A program made the translations under genes and the position numbers. Shown piece after piece: positions 1-8,837 of a stretch of DNA of 25,071 nt. Every line of letters begins with the position of its first letter. Positions within the stretch are counted from its first letter, which is position 1. The notes under the pieces were generated by a model. It was not told the origin of the DNA, searched no databases, and was given only the letters and a program-made list of their open reading frames with translations. Source of the stretch: a virus (Duplodnaviria > Caudoviricetes). The stretch covers positions 1 through 25,071 of the IMG/VR virus record IMGVR_UViG_3300017913_000587; one strand, 5' to 3'.

Positions 1-279
1 AATTATACCAAGAACCTTACGTACTGACGCAGGATCATTCATAAACTCTGGAGCATGAATATCTATTTTATATTTGTACAACAACTCCACAGCTACAATG
101 TCAGGGATAGTACAGGCTTTCTTGTAACCAACATCCTTGGATATCCTACCTGCTTCTCTATCACGTTTAGCTTGTTCGATATATGGGGTAGCATCCTGCT
201 CAACTTTATACTCACCTGTGTCAGTATTAAGTAGTGCGCTCATACCACCCGTTGTTTGTACTTTTTTAATTTCACTCAT
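1..279 (-). CDS. Phage hypothetical protein downstream of the capsid gene (partial, runs off the window)
   Basis: Not in the ORF track. RBS AGGAGAGGAC, then ATG at 279; open to position 1 (MSEIKKVQTTGGMSALLNTDTGEYKVEQDATPYIEQAKRDREAG...KACTIPDIVAVELLYKYKIDIH). Confidence 0.85.
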   Translation of the reverse strand, partial: MSEIKKVQTTGGMSALLNTDTGEYKVEQDATPYIEQAKRDREAGRISKDVGYKKACTIPDIVAVELLYKYKIDIHAPEFMNDPASVRKVLGII

Positions 280-296
280 TGTCCTCTCCTAATAGC

Positions 297-512
297 TTAC
301 TGGGTAATAGGTGTGAATCGACCAGTCTTGCTAATCACTCCCAATACTGGGTTTGTGATTGTGCTAGTTGTTCCAGCCGCAGGGTCATGGAAGCTAGCTG
401 ATGTTACTTCATAGTGCTTATTGTCGCTAGATTCTGCTGTGTTAAATGTGCAGTTCTCTGCGGGGTATAGGGTTTCTGAACCTACACCGATTGTTCCTTT
501 AATCATATACAT
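297..512 (-). CDS. Small hypothetical, probably virion-associated protein (71 aa)
   Basis: Start moved to ATG 512 (MYMIKGTIGV) because AGGAG lies at 521-525 and the longer ORF overlaps the terminator. Confidence 0.75.
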   Translation of the reverse strand: MYMIKGTIGVGSETLYPAENCTFNTAESSDNKHYEVTSASFHDPAAGTTSTITNPVLGVISKTGRFTPITQ

Positions 513-533
513 AATACATTCTCCTATAGTATT

Positions 534-567
534 AAAAATAAAAGGGGCAAGCCGTAGCCCACCCCTT
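534..567 (-). terminator. Rho-independent terminator after the major capsid gene
   Basis: Minus strand AAGGGGUGGGC-UACG-GCUUGCCCCUU followed by UUAUUUUU; C(UACG)G tetraloop; 20 nt after the capsid stop codon. Confidence 0.9.
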
Positions 568-587
568 AAATACAACTAAGTTAAGAC

Positions 588-1658
588 TTACTTGAGGCCG
601 TAGATAGCGCCACAACCCTTAGGGTTCTTAACTTCGAGGGTGTTCTCTTCGACGAGCATACCAACAGTTGAGTCACCTTTCTGACCTACATCAACCTCTG
701 CGAGAGGACGGAGTGTAGCGATAGCGAACCACTGAGGATCGTATACAAGTGCACAAGAATCTGAGTGGTCGTTTGCAGTACCAGCAGTGCCAGTGCCAAG
801 ACCCATGATGTAGTTTGGAACTACCATCAGATCACCAAAGTCAGACATGTAGATGTCAACTGACTGACGGAGCTTACCATCAGAGTCGATGTTACGACGA
901 ACACCAGAATCAGTTACCATCAGGTCAGAGAAGTCACGACGGAGCTTTGGAGAGACCATGATCTTAGTAGCAGTGCCACCTTCTTCGTAGATCTTCTGCA
1001 TAACTGCATCGATGTCTGAAAGGCTAAGTGCCGCACGGCTAGTGTCTGCCAACAGAGTTGGAGCAGTAGTGCCCTTGTTTGCGTTACTTGCAGATACAGC
1101 AGTACCAGAAGCGTATACACAAGTATCTTCTGAGTTAACGAATGACTGGAAGCCACCCATTGTGCGAGTGCCAGAGCCAGAAGCAACTTGGTAGCTGTTT
1201 ACCAGATCGTGCTCCATGTCACGACGGAGTTCAGTACCACGCTTCTTGAGCTGGTATGCGTACTCGTCAGCAACGCCAGCTTGATCTACTGCACGGCGAG
1301 TGCCTGATACAGCGATAGTCTTACCGTTGATCTGAGTGTAGTTACCCAAGCGAGTGCGCTCTGGGCCAACTGGGTTGAATGCCGCACCACCGTCAGATGT
1401 TGAAGCACCGGGAGCGGCGAAGTCTGCACCGTCAACCAGCTTAGAGTTGCCGGGAGCGGCAAGCTCGTCTGTTTGCCACTCGTGGTAAATAGCAGTAGCC
1501 TTCGACTTGCCGATAGACGACATGAACGGAGTCTCGTCACGAGTGATCATTGTGATAAAGTTTGCGAGGTCTTCACGTTGTGAGACGTTCGAGTTTGAAG
1601 TACCTGAAGTTACCGCTCCAGCAGGACCAGTAGTGGTACGTCCACCTGTAGTAGCCAT
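588..1658 (-). CDS. Major capsid protein (SU10/DUF5309-type, HK97 fold)
   Basis: Motifs REDLANFITMITRDETPFMSSIGKSKATAIYHEWQTDEL, NYTQI and ELRRDME; lies after the scaffold; RBS AAGGAG; strong terminator downstream. Confidence 0.93.
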   Translation of the reverse strand: MATTGGRTTTGPAGAVTSGTSNSNVSQREDLANFITMITRDETPFMSSIGKSKATAIYHEWQTDELAAPGNSKLVDGADFAAPGASTSDGGAAFNPVGPERTRLGNYTQINGKTIAVSGTRRAVDQAGVADEYAYQLKKRGTELRRDMEHDLVNSYQVASGSGTRTMGGFQSFVNSEDTCVYASGTAVSASNANKGTTAPTLLADTSRAALSLSDIDAVMQKIYEEGGTATKIMVSPKLRRDFSDLMVTDSGVRRNIDSDGKLRQSVDIYMSDFGDLMVVPNYIMGLGTGTAGTANDHSDSCALVYDPQWFAIATLRPLAEVDVGQKGDSTVGMLVEENTLEVKNPKGCGAIYGLK

Positions 1659-1685
1659 ATTAATTCTCCTTAAGAATTAGTTATA

Positions 1686-2795
1686 TTATAAGTTTAGAGA
1701 GTTGGCCGCATAATTCCTTAGGAAAGCCATTTGATCTTCAGAAGATGCATTTTCATCAAATGCTCTCTGTTTAAGCACGGTATCCCTATCCGCTTTTTGT
1801 TTTTGCTTAGTTTGAGCTTTCTTTACAGGGACAGCCTTCTTAGCGGGTACAGCCTTGCGTTTGGCTTGACCTTTAGTGACACCTTGCTTAAGCTTACGAT
1901 AATCATTCAAGATACGAACAATGATAGGGTCAGCAACAGTATCTACTACTTCTTCAGGGATTCCCTCAGATAAGGCAAACTCACGTATTTCCATTGCCAT
2001 GTCTTCATCAAATCCGGGTACTTCATCCTGAATAGCATCATTGAAGTATTCGAGTTGCTTTTCCCAAAGTTCCTCATTGATCTTCGTTTGTTGTGCTTGT
2101 AGTTGTTCCTGTAGTCCTTCACGTTGATTACGGGCGTTCCAGTATCGTTTCTGTACTTGCTCACGTTTATCCTTGAGTTCGTTAAGTTCGTAGGTATCAC
2201 CATCTTCACGAGCCTTGTCAATTTTCTCATCAAGCTCATGGTACTCTTTTGCTAAGTTTTGTTCTGTTCCCATTAGGATTGCGGCTGAAGCTTGACCTAT
2301 CTGTTGAACTTCCTGTAGTGCTACAGTACGTTCTTCCTCTAGGGCTTTTCTAGCTTCACCAAGTTCACGACCCTTCTTACTAATTGAGGCATCAGTTTGA
2401 TAGCCTTTGAGTAGCTCTTCAAATGTTACGTCTACTTCTTCACCATCAATCTTGACACGGACCATTGCTTCCAAGTCTAAGTCATCAGCAGTAAAGATAT
2501 CTGCATCTTGGGTAGATTCCTCTTCGGATTCATCCTCATCAAACTCTTCTTCTACTTCTTCCTCATACTCCTCTTCAGTAACGGAATCCTCAAGCTCTTC
2601 AGGGTCTTCTTCAATCTCGCTTGATTCATCCGGGTCAACATCGATCTCGTCCATCTCTGGTAGCGGCTCGTACTCCTCTCTGGTAAAATCAGAGTTTCGT
2701 AGAACGGCATCAAGGAGAGCGTCTTCAGTTTGACCTTCACTCGACGGTTGAAACAAGTCATCCTGCATGGGTAGAGTTGTATTTTCTTGCGTCAT
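1686..2795 (-). CDS. Capsid scaffolding protein
   Basis: Very acidic N-terminus, VKIDGEEVDVTFEELLKGYQ motif, coiled coil and basic C-terminus; lies between portal and capsid. Confidence 0.88.
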   Translation of the reverse strand: MTQENTTLPMQDDLFQPSSEGQTEDALLDAVLRNSDFTREEYEPLPEMDEIDVDPDESSEIEEDPEELEDSVTEEEYEEEVEEEFDEDESEEESTQDADIFTADDLDLEAMVRVKIDGEEVDVTFEELLKGYQTDASISKKGRELGEARKALEEERTVALQEVQQIGQASAAILMGTEQNLAKEYHELDEKIDKAREDGDTYELNELKDKREQVQKRYWNARNQREGLQEQLQAQQTKINEELWEKQLEYFNDAIQDEVPGFDEDMAMEIREFALSEGIPEEVVDTVADPIIVRILNDYRKLKQGVTKGQAKRKAVPAKKAVPVKKAQTKQKQKADRDTVLKQRAFDENASSEDQMAFLRNYAANSLNL

Positions 2796-2807
2796 AATTT
2801 ATTCCTC

Positions 2808-3020
2808 CTACTTACTAGCTTTCGCTGTAGTAGCCTTTCGTGGTGCTGGGGCTGGTTTAATTTTTGCTTCGTATCGCTCCTTAAGATTGTATAGGGAGTC
2901 TAGATGTCCACAGTTTAGTTTAGCCTTACCTGCACTACGCATTGCATCAAACTCAAGGAGACTAATCATCTCCTCAATGTTTGACAGTAATTCTTTGTAA
3001 TCAATATCTCGATTAGCCAT
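2808..3020 (-). CDS. Hypothetical protein (70 aa)
   Basis: Start MANRDIDY at 3020 with RBS GAGGAC; overlaps the upstream gene by 8 nt. Confidence 0.75.
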   Translation of the reverse strand: MANRDIDYKELLSNIEEMISLLEFDAMRSAGKAKLNCGHLDSLYNLKERYEAKIKPAPAPRKATTAKASK

Positions 3021-3330
3021 TGTTGTCGTCCTCTTCTGTTCCCTCCAAGTACGGTACATTCTTTCCGAATGTTTCGTATTGGGTTAATTTGTTTTTAACA
3101 TCCCCAAGCGCCAGCACACAACTGTAAATAAATTCTCGTGATTTGTGCTCGTGCGGTTCAGTTTTTAAGAACTGTATGTAGTAGTCTACCATCAGTTCTC
3201 CGTAAGCTCCCGTAAAAAACTCTTCTCGTTCTCGTCTAGAAAACTCTGCCTTTACGAGAGCTTCTTTAGCCAATATGTCTGGATGTACACCCTTCAACTT
3301 CTTTTCTGCTACTGCCTTGTACTTATCCAT
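3013..3330 (-). CDS. Small helical protein downstream of the portal gene
   Basis: 105 aa ORF with RBS AGGAGGAC; typical position between portal and scaffold. Confidence 0.8.
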   Translation of the reverse strand: MDKYKAVAEKKLKGVHPDILAKEALVKAEFSRREREEFFTGAYGELMVDYYIQFLKTEPHEHKSREFIYSCVLALGDVKNKLTQYETFGKNVPYLEGTEEDDNNG

Positions 3331-3341
3331 CCGTCGTCCTC

Positions 3342-5459
3342 CTACTGCTGTGAATTAATAACCTGTCTAGCTAGCATCATGATCTGCTGGTAATCTGGAT
3401 GTGGAGGCATCTCTACGCCATCCTTTTGTGCATCCATAGTCAGCTTCGCCCACTCTTGGAAGTGTCGATCAATAGCTACTGCTAGTTGTTTAGCGTTATC
3501 CTGTTTAGTATTCATACTCTGAGCATTGGTATAGTCAATGTTAGCCATTGCTAGTCCAAGGTCAGCCTGAGTCTTCTGATCTGCAATCTGCTTAGTCTTT
3601 TGTGCTTCTTCAGATTGTTGCTTCAGAATCTCTGCGGCTCTTTCTTTAAACTCAGGGCTATTGTAATCTACTAAGTAATCTGATGAGTCTAGGCTCATAG
3701 CTTCTAGTAGTTTACTTGCCAGTACTGCTGGTGCTTCTACTTTTACAACACTCTTAGCCCCTGCCTGTTCAAGAGCAGGAAGGATCTGAGTACCAACAGT
3801 CTGTAGCTTCTGAATCATGTTAGCGTTAGAGTTCTCACCGATATCTAACGTAACTTCAAAGTTAATTGCTTCAGGTAGGTTTTCACAGTCAACCACTTGG
3901 TTAATCGTACCCATACAAACCGAGACAGACTTAATATTCTTACGGATTGTACAGTACACACCTTCAATCAGACGCTTAAATCCAGTCTCAGCGAATCTAC
4001 GAGCAATATGCTGGATGCGCTTTTGGGATGCTGATTGTACAGCCGCAAGTTTTTGTTCACTGTTTCCAGAGACATAGAGTGTGTCGTTAAGACCTTGTGC
4101 GGCCTTTGACATACCTGTAGCTTGCTCTTTAATAGTCTGTAGGTGTTGCAACAGAGGCACTGTACCCGTAGAGATAGTATCTGGAGTCAGTGCGGCTACT
4201 GCCGCTGTAGGATTACCATTGGTTGGTATAATCGCTTTAGGTTTCATATTCTGCAATGCAGAGAAGTCTACTACATTCGGGTCAGCTAGCTTAGGACTAT
4301 AGTTAGTCAGGTAGGTATTCTCAACGAATCCTCTAAGGATAGCTGTAGCCGCTAGTGTAGAACTTCGGGTAAAGTCTGCGACAGACAGACCGTAGAACTC
4401 GTGTGGGATATCAATAGGAGTAAGTGATGCTAGGGGAACCATGTCACAATCCTCTTCGAATAGGATGTGGTTTCCTGCAGTGATCACTCGCTTCAACTCA
4501 GCGATACCGTCACCATCACGGTCTACGTTTAGCCAACATTCAGTCACTACGACTTCTCTGTTAGCTTCTAGGGGTGTAGCATAGGAAATACCTTGTCGGT
4601 AGTTGATTCCTAGGATATGCTTACGTGCGGCAACGTCTTCATTGTAGTACGTTCTACCAGAGGTTTCTAGTTCGTCCCACTGGTTATCGTCAATGTTTTC
4701 TGCTACCTCAGGCCACCACTTGCGGATCTCAGAGCGAGTCATGGTGGTCTCGATACCTACGAATGAGGCATCCTTAATGCTTTTAGCTTCACGAGAGATT
4801 CGGAAGTTTTCTGGTGGGACAAGCTCAATCTTTACATGAGACTTATCTACGGTACGCTTAATACGTACATCAACGTACATAAGCTCTGCTGTACCATCTT
4901 CTTCGAAGTCGTTCTCGTATTGTAACTCACCAACGATCTCAACATTCTCGTCAGCAAGTAGTTCATCTAGTTTAGTTTGGGAAATTCTTTCGTATTCCTC
5001 AAATGAGACACTGGAATCTTCACAGTAGTCCCATCGGATAACTCCATTCTTCCACAACAACGCTGATTTCATCCATGACTGTAGGACTTCCCAGCCGTTG
5101 TTCTGCTTAAAAATACAGTAGTTTGTGATCAAGGCGGCATCATGCGCTTGCTGAAATGCACCGGGTGTATTGCTGTATGGGATACACTTAGCAATCTTAT
5201 TGTTAGACAAGAATAGGTCAGACAATACTGCTGTGTATGCTTCAACTGTTTCTGTAGTAGATGTATCTACAATCGCACTTACACCCTGAGGCTTCAGGTG
5301 TCCATCGGCAAGACCAGCAAATTCGTAGGTAGACTTTTGCCTTTCACGAGTCAAGTCACTACTATTTAACCAATCCCCTGCGCTATTAGCTATTCCAAGA
5401 TCAACAAGATTTACGAGTTCCTCATCGGTCACTCTTTCTTTATAACCATTAGAAGCCAT
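3342..5459 (-). CDS. Portal protein (P22/SU10-like)
   Basis: 705 aa; motifs KSALLWKNGVIRW, VPPENF, ECWLNVDRDGDGIAELKRV and PHEFYGLS; follows terL. Confidence 0.92.
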   Translation of the reverse strand: MASNGYKERVTDEELVNLVDLGIANSAGDWLNSSDLTRERQKSTYEFAGLADGHLKPQGVSAIVDTSTTETVEAYTAVLSDLFLSNNKIAKCIPYSNTPGAFQQAHDAALITNYCIFKQNNGWEVLQSWMKSALLWKNGVIRWDYCEDSSVSFEEYERISQTKLDELLADENVEIVGELQYENDFEEDGTAELMYVDVRIKRTVDKSHVKIELVPPENFRISREAKSIKDASFVGIETTMTRSEIRKWWPEVAENIDDNQWDELETSGRTYYNEDVAARKHILGINYRQGISYATPLEANREVVVTECWLNVDRDGDGIAELKRVITAGNHILFEEDCDMVPLASLTPIDIPHEFYGLSVADFTRSSTLAATAILRGFVENTYLTNYSPKLADPNVVDFSALQNMKPKAIIPTNGNPTAAVAALTPDTISTGTVPLLQHLQTIKEQATGMSKAAQGLNDTLYVSGNSEQKLAAVQSASQKRIQHIARRFAETGFKRLIEGVYCTIRKNIKSVSVCMGTINQVVDCENLPEAINFEVTLDIGENSNANMIQKLQTVGTQILPALEQAGAKSVVKVEAPAVLASKLLEAMSLDSSDYLVDYNSPEFKERAAEILKQQSEEAQKTKQIADQKTQADLGLAMANIDYTNAQSMNTKQDNAKQLAVAIDRHFQEWAKLTMDAQKDGVEMPPHPDYQQIMMLARQVINSQQ

Positions 5460-5588
5460 TTACTTTCTCCAAGGTGTGTCTTTACTTTTCTTTACATCTT
5501 CAACAGTGTAGCTACCAGCTTTTGGTAACTCCCGTTGCTTTTTAGTTTTCTTAGGTTGTGTGTTATTAACCTGTTCATTATATCGCAT
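5460..5588 (-). CDS. Small basic protein (42 aa) abutting the portal start
   Basis: Not in the track. RBS AAGGAGG; MRYNEQVNNTQPKKTKKQRELPKAGSYTVEDVKKSKDTPWRK; its TAA is directly followed by the portal ATG. Confidence 0.75.
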   Translation of the reverse strand: MRYNEQVNNTQPKKTKKQRELPKAGSYTVEDVKKSKDTPWRK

Positions 5589-5599
5589 AATCCCTCCTT

Positions 5600-5744
5600 C
5601 GGGTCTATCTAGCAATCTAAAGTGGAGACTATGGCTAATTTATCCTAGGTGTAAAAGGATAGTTATAGGTACGGTCTCCGGGTATAGATGGTATACTTTT
5701 ATTCCACAGGCTATACCAGACCTGTCGAGGACTATTGGAATTCC
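5600..5744 (-). ncRNA. Candidate structured RNA element between terL and the portal operon
   Basis: Nested complementary segments AUUCCA/UGGAAU, CAGG/CCUG, GGAGAC/GUCUCC and UAUCCU/AGGAUA, plus a loop-tail pairing UGGUAUA/UAUACCA. Strand and function are inferred. Confidence 0.45.
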
Positions 5745-7397
5745 CTACAACCACTGCGTCTCATCCTGTGTGTACACAGAAGATCGCTGAGACCACTTGA
5801 CGTTATCATTGCGAAGCTTATCTACGTGAGTCCTTAAGACTTCACAGGCGATAGCTAGGGCAATGACCGAGTCATCGTAACAGCCGGGTGCGGCTTCAGT
5901 CTTTCCTGTAGCGGTTGATATATAGTCCTTTAATTCCTGAATCATTATGTTAGACGGTATGTATACCTCTTCGTTCTCTATGAGATTCTTGAGGTTACCA
6001 ATAATTGCAGGTTTTGTAGCAGACGTGGTTCTAAAACCTAACCTAGTGCCTTCCTCTTTGGAGACATTGGCTATCTTAGTCTGCCTATACAAATTCACAT
6101 AGTTCATCGATTCTAGTTTCTGTAGGGTTGCTACACCCATAGAGTTACTTTCAACGGCTAGTAAAGCGTTGTTATAGTATCTCCCTAGGTAAAACAACAA
6201 CTCACCATACAAACTAGGATCTATTCTATTGTCTCGATACATAGCTACAACTTTGTAATTTTTATCTAAGACAACAGACACTGAGTAGTCTTGACCCACC
6301 CCAAGGGATACGTCAGCGGCTACTATATAATTCTCATCCCACTGGGGATATTCAAAGACAAACAACTTACCTTCCTTACTGTCTTCAAACTGCTTAGTGT
6401 TTACATCCCAGTTCCTCCTGCTCTCAGGGGCTTCCGGTAGTAACGAATTAAGCTTCTCTATATCAAAGACATTAGATCCAGAAGTTACAAATGCTTCATC
6501 TGGATTACTGGGGTATTCCTGTCGGAACTTCATCTCCCCACTCTCAGCTATCTTGAGTCTCCTCCAATAGATTTGAGAGTTGTCGAGGTTGTAAGTTTCT
6601 TTTAGTTTCTCTTCTTCTTCGGTTAGCTCAAAGCCTTCCGGGGGTTCTCTACGGTATTCGCTCGTAAGAAACCAAGGGATAAATATAGGTACGTACTCGT
6701 TCTCACCAGCCATCGCACCTTTCCACAATCTATAGAACTCACCACTAGAACCATTAGCGGTAGACTCTAGGATTACTTCAGTTCCGTCTGCTTGGGAGAT
6801 TCCTTGGAAGAGCCCTGCGAGGATCTTTTCGTCGTGCGTCCAAAAGGCGACCTCAGACAGGTGAGCAATCGTTGGAGTAGTTCCACGACCCGCTTCCGGG
6901 CTTCCCGCAGTATAGAGACGATACGACGCTTTAGCTTCCTTATCTTTAAAGTAAGGCGAAGTGATAATGATTTCTTTGGCATTTGATCGTTCCTCTTTAG
7001 GTGATAGTTCTTCTGGCATATTCTGGATTAAGTTCTTAGACATCGTAAAGAGTGCATCTGATGTAGCACTATCGTGTGCCATTACAACCGACCGACTATG
7101 CGGTGAGAAGTATGCTTTCCAGAATACCCTACCAGCACAGTAGGTACTTATACCTTGCTGACGTGCCTTAAGGATAATCGCTCGGACTCTACCAGTTTCT
7201 TTAAGTTGCTTATCTAAAGCTTCTGTGATAATACGTTGTGGCTCGTTGAGGGTAAACGGTACGAAACCCTTTGAGGAATCTTTGGTAATGATCCGTATTT
7301 GTTCCTCCGCAAACAATGTAAAATCCTGGGAGTATACGTCAAGTAAGTTACGTCTCTCTTTTTCCCTAACGAGCGCTATCATGTCATTCTTGTTCAT
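5745..7397 (-). CDS. terL: Terminase large subunit
   Basis: Walker A KARQQGIST, Walker B variant IAHLSE, coupling motif EST, nuclease motifs ADVSLGVGQDYS and YDD. Confidence 0.95.
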   Translation of the reverse strand: MNKNDMIALVREKERRNLLDVYSQDFTLFAEEQIRIITKDSSKGFVPFTLNEPQRIITEALDKQLKETGRVRAIILKARQQGISTYCAGRVFWKAYFSPHSRSVVMAHDSATSDALFTMSKNLIQNMPEELSPKEERSNAKEIIITSPYFKDKEAKASYRLYTAGSPEAGRGTTPTIAHLSEVAFWTHDEKILAGLFQGISQADGTEVILESTANGSSGEFYRLWKGAMAGENEYVPIFIPWFLTSEYRREPPEGFELTEEEEKLKETYNLDNSQIYWRRLKIAESGEMKFRQEYPSNPDEAFVTSGSNVFDIEKLNSLLPEAPESRRNWDVNTKQFEDSKEGKLFVFEYPQWDENYIVAADVSLGVGQDYSVSVVLDKNYKVVAMYRDNRIDPSLYGELLFYLGRYYNNALLAVESNSMGVATLQKLESMNYVNLYRQTKIANVSKEEGTRLGFRTTSATKPAIIGNLKNLIENEEVYIPSNIMIQELKDYISTATGKTEAAPGCYDDSVIALAIACEVLRTHVDKLRNDNVKWSQRSSVYTQDETQWL

Positions 7398-7790
7398 ACA
7401 ATAGTCCTCTGTATGTTTTCTGTGGGAAGACTGTGGGTGTACGTGTGTCTATAAGCACGATATATATATGTACCCTTATTTACTTTTGTACCCCCCTCTG
7501 TTCCTGTGGTAGCCCTCCAGAGAGTCCCTAAGTTGCCCCCAGTTCCTCTGTGCCACTAGTAGCATCATTGGTATTCCAAAGATCTCAAAGCAGTTCCTAC
7601 GGGATCTCAGAGGCTCTAGAGCTATAGTTCTTCCTAAAGGGACTAATGGTATCTCTAATTGCGTTGGTACTTGCGGGATTGGTGTGGGATTCTGTGGGGA
7701 TCTGTGGGAACCTGTGGGCTAAGACGCATTGATAGACATAGATTACTCACAGCAAGCTGTTCGTTTCTGTGACATTCATACATCTAGCCA
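7398..7790. other. Divergent non-coding region; probable genome terminus / packaging / control region
   Basis: Separates the two transcription directions. Contains CTGTGG repeats, a (TA)n run near 7460 and TGTACCC twice. End location inferred by analogy to LUZ24/PaP3-type genome layouts. Confidence 0.55.
7671..7720 (+). repeat. Tandem array of ~10-bp units (core CTGTGGG)
   Basis: ttgcgggatt ggtgtgggat tctgtgggga tctgtgggaa cctgtgggct; further copies at 7420, 7431 and 7504. Confidence 0.85.
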
Positions 7791-7803
7791 CAAGGAGGCT
7801 TCT

Positions 7804-8115
7804 ATGTCACGTCATATCAAAGTGGTCAGCGTTCGTGCTGGCAACAAGTGTAGTGGTACAATGTACGCTCTCTCACAGTCTGGCATCGTATACCGTGCCA
7901 AAGCCTATGTGCCAACTGATGAGGTCGATGATATCTGCAAGGCTCTCGAAGCCCGTGGTACTATCCAGCTTAAGCAGTGGATTAGGGTTAAGAAGCTTCC
8001 AACCACTAAGCTGTACAAATCCATCCATCGTCCTCATGATTACTCCATCGTTGCACATGGAGCTTCAAAGAGCCAGACACTCGTAGAGGTTACGGCTAAG
8101 GGGGTCTCAGCATGA
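7804..8115 (+). CDS. First early gene, basic hypothetical protein (103 aa)
   Basis: RBS AAGGAGG at 7792-7798 supports start MSRHIKVV at 7804. Confidence 0.82.
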   Translation: MSRHIKVVSVRAGNKCSGTMYALSQSGIVYRAKAYVPTDEVDDICKALEARGTIQLKQWIRVKKLPTTKLYKSIHRPHDYSIVAHGASKSQTLVEVTAKGVSA

Positions 8116-8300
8116 TCGCTACATCGTTCTACATCGAGCACTGGGATACCGAGCTTCAAACGTGGGAAGACCGTGAGTACTGGGGTTCTCTTGAGAATGC
8201 ATCTTACATGGCACGTGAGTACGCTCGTAACAGCCAGCGTGTTCGTGTTGTCAAAGAGGAAGTTATCATGACTCCTCGTCCCGCAGTTCCTGTCCAGTAA
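8112..8300 (+). CDS. Hypothetical early protein (62 aa)
   Basis: ATGA overlap with the upstream gene; followed by a terminator. Confidence 0.8.
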   Translation: MIATSFYIEHWDTELQTWEDREYWGSLENASYMAREYARNSQRVRVVKEEVIMTPRPAVPVQ

Positions 8301-8307
8301 GTCCCTT

Positions 8308-8333
8308 GCCACCTTCGGGTGGCTCTTTTTTTT
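8308..8333 (+). terminator. Rho-independent terminator
   Basis: GCCACC-UUCG-GGUGGC followed by UC and eight U. Confidence 0.93.
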
Positions 8334-8344
8334 CAGAACCGTTA

Positions 8345-8364
8345 GCTCACCGCAAGCGGTTCGC
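8345..8364 (+). promoter_or_regulatory. Conserved 20-bp palindromic element, copy 1 (candidate phage promoter)
   Basis: GCTCACCGCAAGCGGTTCGC; the outer pair is A-T where the other copies have G-C. Confidence 0.7.
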
Positions 8365-8395
8365 TTTAGTGGCTTACTGTTCTTAAGGAGATCTT

Positions 8396-8617
8396 ATGCC
8401 AACTTGTAACCTTGTCGAGTCATCCTGCCACAACTGTGGTCATACCGACTTCGTAACTGTCGATGCTTCTGCGTACCAGCAGTGGCTCGACGATCCGCAT
8501 TGTCTTGTCCAAATGGCTTTCCCTCAGCTTACCACTGACGAACGTGAAGTTCTGATTGGTAGTCGCTCTGGCTTCTACCTGTGCGATGGTTGTTGGGCTG
8601 AGGACTTCGACGAATAG
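8396..8617 (+). CDS. Zn-finger-like hypothetical protein (73 aa)
   Basis: CxxC...CxxC flanking LVQMAFPQLTTDEREVLI; RBS AAGGAG. Confidence 0.85.
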   Translation: MPTCNLVESSCHNCGHTDFVTVDASAYQQWLDDPHCLVQMAFPQLTTDEREVLIGSRSGFYLCDGCWAEDFDE

Positions 8618-8679
8618 CGGGATTCTCGTTAGTCCCTTTTGGGGGCTACCCTTAGATTACCATAGATATAGGAGTTCTT

Positions 8680-8829
8680 ATGGAGATCTTGTTTCTACTC
8701 TTGTTGTGTGTTGTAGTAGTTGGTATGTCGTATACCTTATGCATCCATGTGGGTGACTCTCAGTGGTTCACTCTAGCTGTTGCTGTGTGTATGCTGTACA
8801 TACTCTTAGTCAACTTAACGTCCCTGTAG
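8680..8829 (+). CDS. Small two-helix membrane protein (49 aa)
   Basis: Not in the track. RBS AGGAG; MEILFLLLLCVVVVGMSYTLCIHVGDSQWFTLAVAVCMLYILLVNLTSL. Confidence 0.7.
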   Translation: MEILFLLLLCVVVVGMSYTLCIHVGDSQWFTLAVAVCMLYILLVNLTSL

Positions 8830-8837
8830 GAGGTCTT

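Noticed and set aside
520-534. Minus-strand TAATACTATAGGAGA resembles both ends of the T7 promoter
   Set aside because: The central specificity bases are missing, there is one copy, and it is explained by terminator tail plus RBS.
588-640. T7 10A/10B-like frameshift at the capsid 3' end
   Set aside because: No slippery sequence is visible and a terminator follows immediately.
1408-1460. 11-bp direct repeat CCGGGAGCGGC in the capsid gene
   Set aside because: Encodes AAPG twice, with codons constrained by GCWGC and CCWGG avoidance.
2407-2733. Ser-rich 108-aa plus-strand ORF and other antisense or alternate-frame ORFs in the track (e.g. 22102-22596, 13020-13430)
   Set aside because: Shadows of the codon bias of real genes; no RBS support.
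5640-5747. Stop-codon readthrough of terL (UAG-G followed by a pseudoknot, 34 open codons)
   Set aside because: An open stretch of this length is unremarkable, the peptide looks non-conserved, and pseudoknot-driven readthrough is a eukaryotic-virus precedent.
5560-5790. 76-aa plus-strand ORF across the terL-portal gap
   Set aside because: Antisense to the operon, no RBS, and it overlaps real genes at both ends.
7729-7790. Sigma70 promoter for the first early gene (TTGATA at 7729)
   Set aside because: No acceptable -10 hexamer at 16-18 bp spacing, so I cannot place an early host promoter.
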